Below, piece by piece: positions 62,621 to 64,000 of a DNA stretch of 64,000 bases. Both the position numbers and the translations under genes were made by a program. Positions within the stretch are counted from its first letter, which is position 1; each line of letters begins with the position of its first letter. Below the pieces are notes generated by a model. The model had not been told where the DNA came from and did not search any database. It saw only the letters and a program-made list of their open reading frames with translations. The stretch comes from Paraphysomonas bandaiensis (lineage: Eukaryota > Protista > Chrysophyceae): contig CBFFRP010000097.1 in NCBI GenBank assembly GCA_965644295.1, positions 62,001-126,000 on the forward strand. Reading direction: 5' to 3'.

Positions 62621-64000
62621 TTATTTTTTATCACTTCCGCCTCCCGTAGATGAAGAATTGGCACCACCTTTCTGGTCGCTCGATACTTGGTTCGAGGGCG
62701 CCGCTACACCTTGAAGGCTAGGAGCGGTATAGCCTAACGCTGAGGCAGACGAGGAAGGATATTGTACACCCTGCAGTACACCTCCCGACCCTTGCTGATA
62801 CATCACTGCCCCACTTGGCTGTGTTCTTTGTTGTTGTTGTTGTTGTTGCTGTTGTTGTTGTTGAGAGTATGGTCTCGCAACGGGCACGGTGTAGTATCCT
62901 TGCGGCGTTCCTGCAGGGTACTTTCCATCCAAAGTAGGAGATGCTGAGGAAGCTGGAACGCGCCCTCCTAAGCTATGTTGTTCTACCATTCCCGGATGCG
63001 CACGACTTTGAGGGAATCCCTGTCCCTGACTGACGGGCATCTGATACAGCGCCGAGGGAGGAAATCCACTCATTGGCACCCCCTTCGTACTCCCACCACT
63101 TTGCCCTTGTGGGTTGGTCATTTGGAGATTAGGGAATCCAAATCCCGGGAGTGTCATAGGTATGGGAGGAGCACCATACGGCCGAGCACTAGACGCGTCA
63201 CGTTGCTGTCCCGGAACGGTCGTCGCCCGAGGTGCCGGAACTCCAAGTTGTCCACTCATATACCCTGCTTGTGGAAATTTATACGGACCTGAGTAGTGAT
63301 TTACTTGCCCCTTCTGCTGCTGTGACTGAGAGTGGTGTTGTGGGATCATGGAATGTGGGAGAGATGACTGGAGATGAGTCTGGGCTTGCTGTTGTTGTTG
63401 TTGCTGAAGAGACATAGATTGAGGCCGTTGAGCACGAATCATCTCCGCCAAAGTAGAATGTGAAGATATTGATGTGGCACCGGCGGAAGGACCAGTAGAT
63501 TGGACTGGTGTAACCGATGGTACCTTTGCAGTTGTAGACAAGCGTCTGCTTTGTAATTCACTGCGGGAAGAAATGTTAGCGTCATTCCCTTGACTCAAAC
63601 GAGAGGTGGGATCCTTCTTGCTCAACTGGAAGGCCTTCTCAGCGGCATCAGACGCAAGCATTGCTTGCACAACGGACTTCGAAGGAGGGGCAATACGACG
63701 TGGAACAAAGTACCCAGTAGAATTCCACTCTTCTCGAGCCTGAAACCACTAGTCACATGTCGCATACAAAACACCGGTTGTACAACACACATACCACAAT
63801 ATTGAGGTTAACACTGCACTATAAAATAAAGAATGTACGATCAATGCATTAATGCGGGTAGACTCATACCATTTTAACGATAGCTAGAGCTTCACTCTCC
63901 GTGTCATACCGTCCAATGAAGTATCTCTTCTTTATAGATCCAGACTGCGATCCTTGGGAGGATGCATTTCGTTTGTTGCCTACCGACACCATATTTCCGC
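62621..64000 (-). CDS. 3' part of a Gln/Pro/Gly-rich protein, possibly with an AP2-like motif (runs off the window)
   Basis: Long terminal exon with poly-Q tracts; upstream exon KRYFIGRYDTESEALAIV resembles the AP2 LGxFxTxEEA motif. Confidence 0.65.

Overview
Eukaryotic nuclear DNA, AT-rich between genes, with very short (about 45-110 nt) GT-AG introns. It looks like a protist, possibly a stramenopile (inference only). Host genes: secreted cPLA2/lysophospholipase-like protein, tandem-VOC glyoxalase-family protein, Ldh_2-family dehydrogenase, two tandem PSP1-domain genes, ankyrin protein, HAD phosphatase, GCP4, SRP68, NDR kinase, two flavohemoglobins encoding identical proteins, NifS/selenocysteine-lyase-like enzyme, a partial Q-rich gene and three orphan ORFs. 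Mobile DNA: two full-length Ty1/Copia elements with apparently identical LTR pairs, 5-bp TSDs and non-canonical TA..TA and TA..CA termini; a TRIM-like tandem array inside a ~510-bp inverted duplication; probable DNA-transposon remnants; and six copies of a ~490-bp non-coding retroposon-like family. The most interesting signal is that family. Five copies start at the same 5' position, two have long TSDs, and the first ~87 nt fit an HDV-like ribozyme topology with an atypical P1. Also notable are an apparent L-type-lectin-like domain inserted in GCP4 and a conserved extra module after both Copia integrases. All calls were made by eye; no searches or folding were run.
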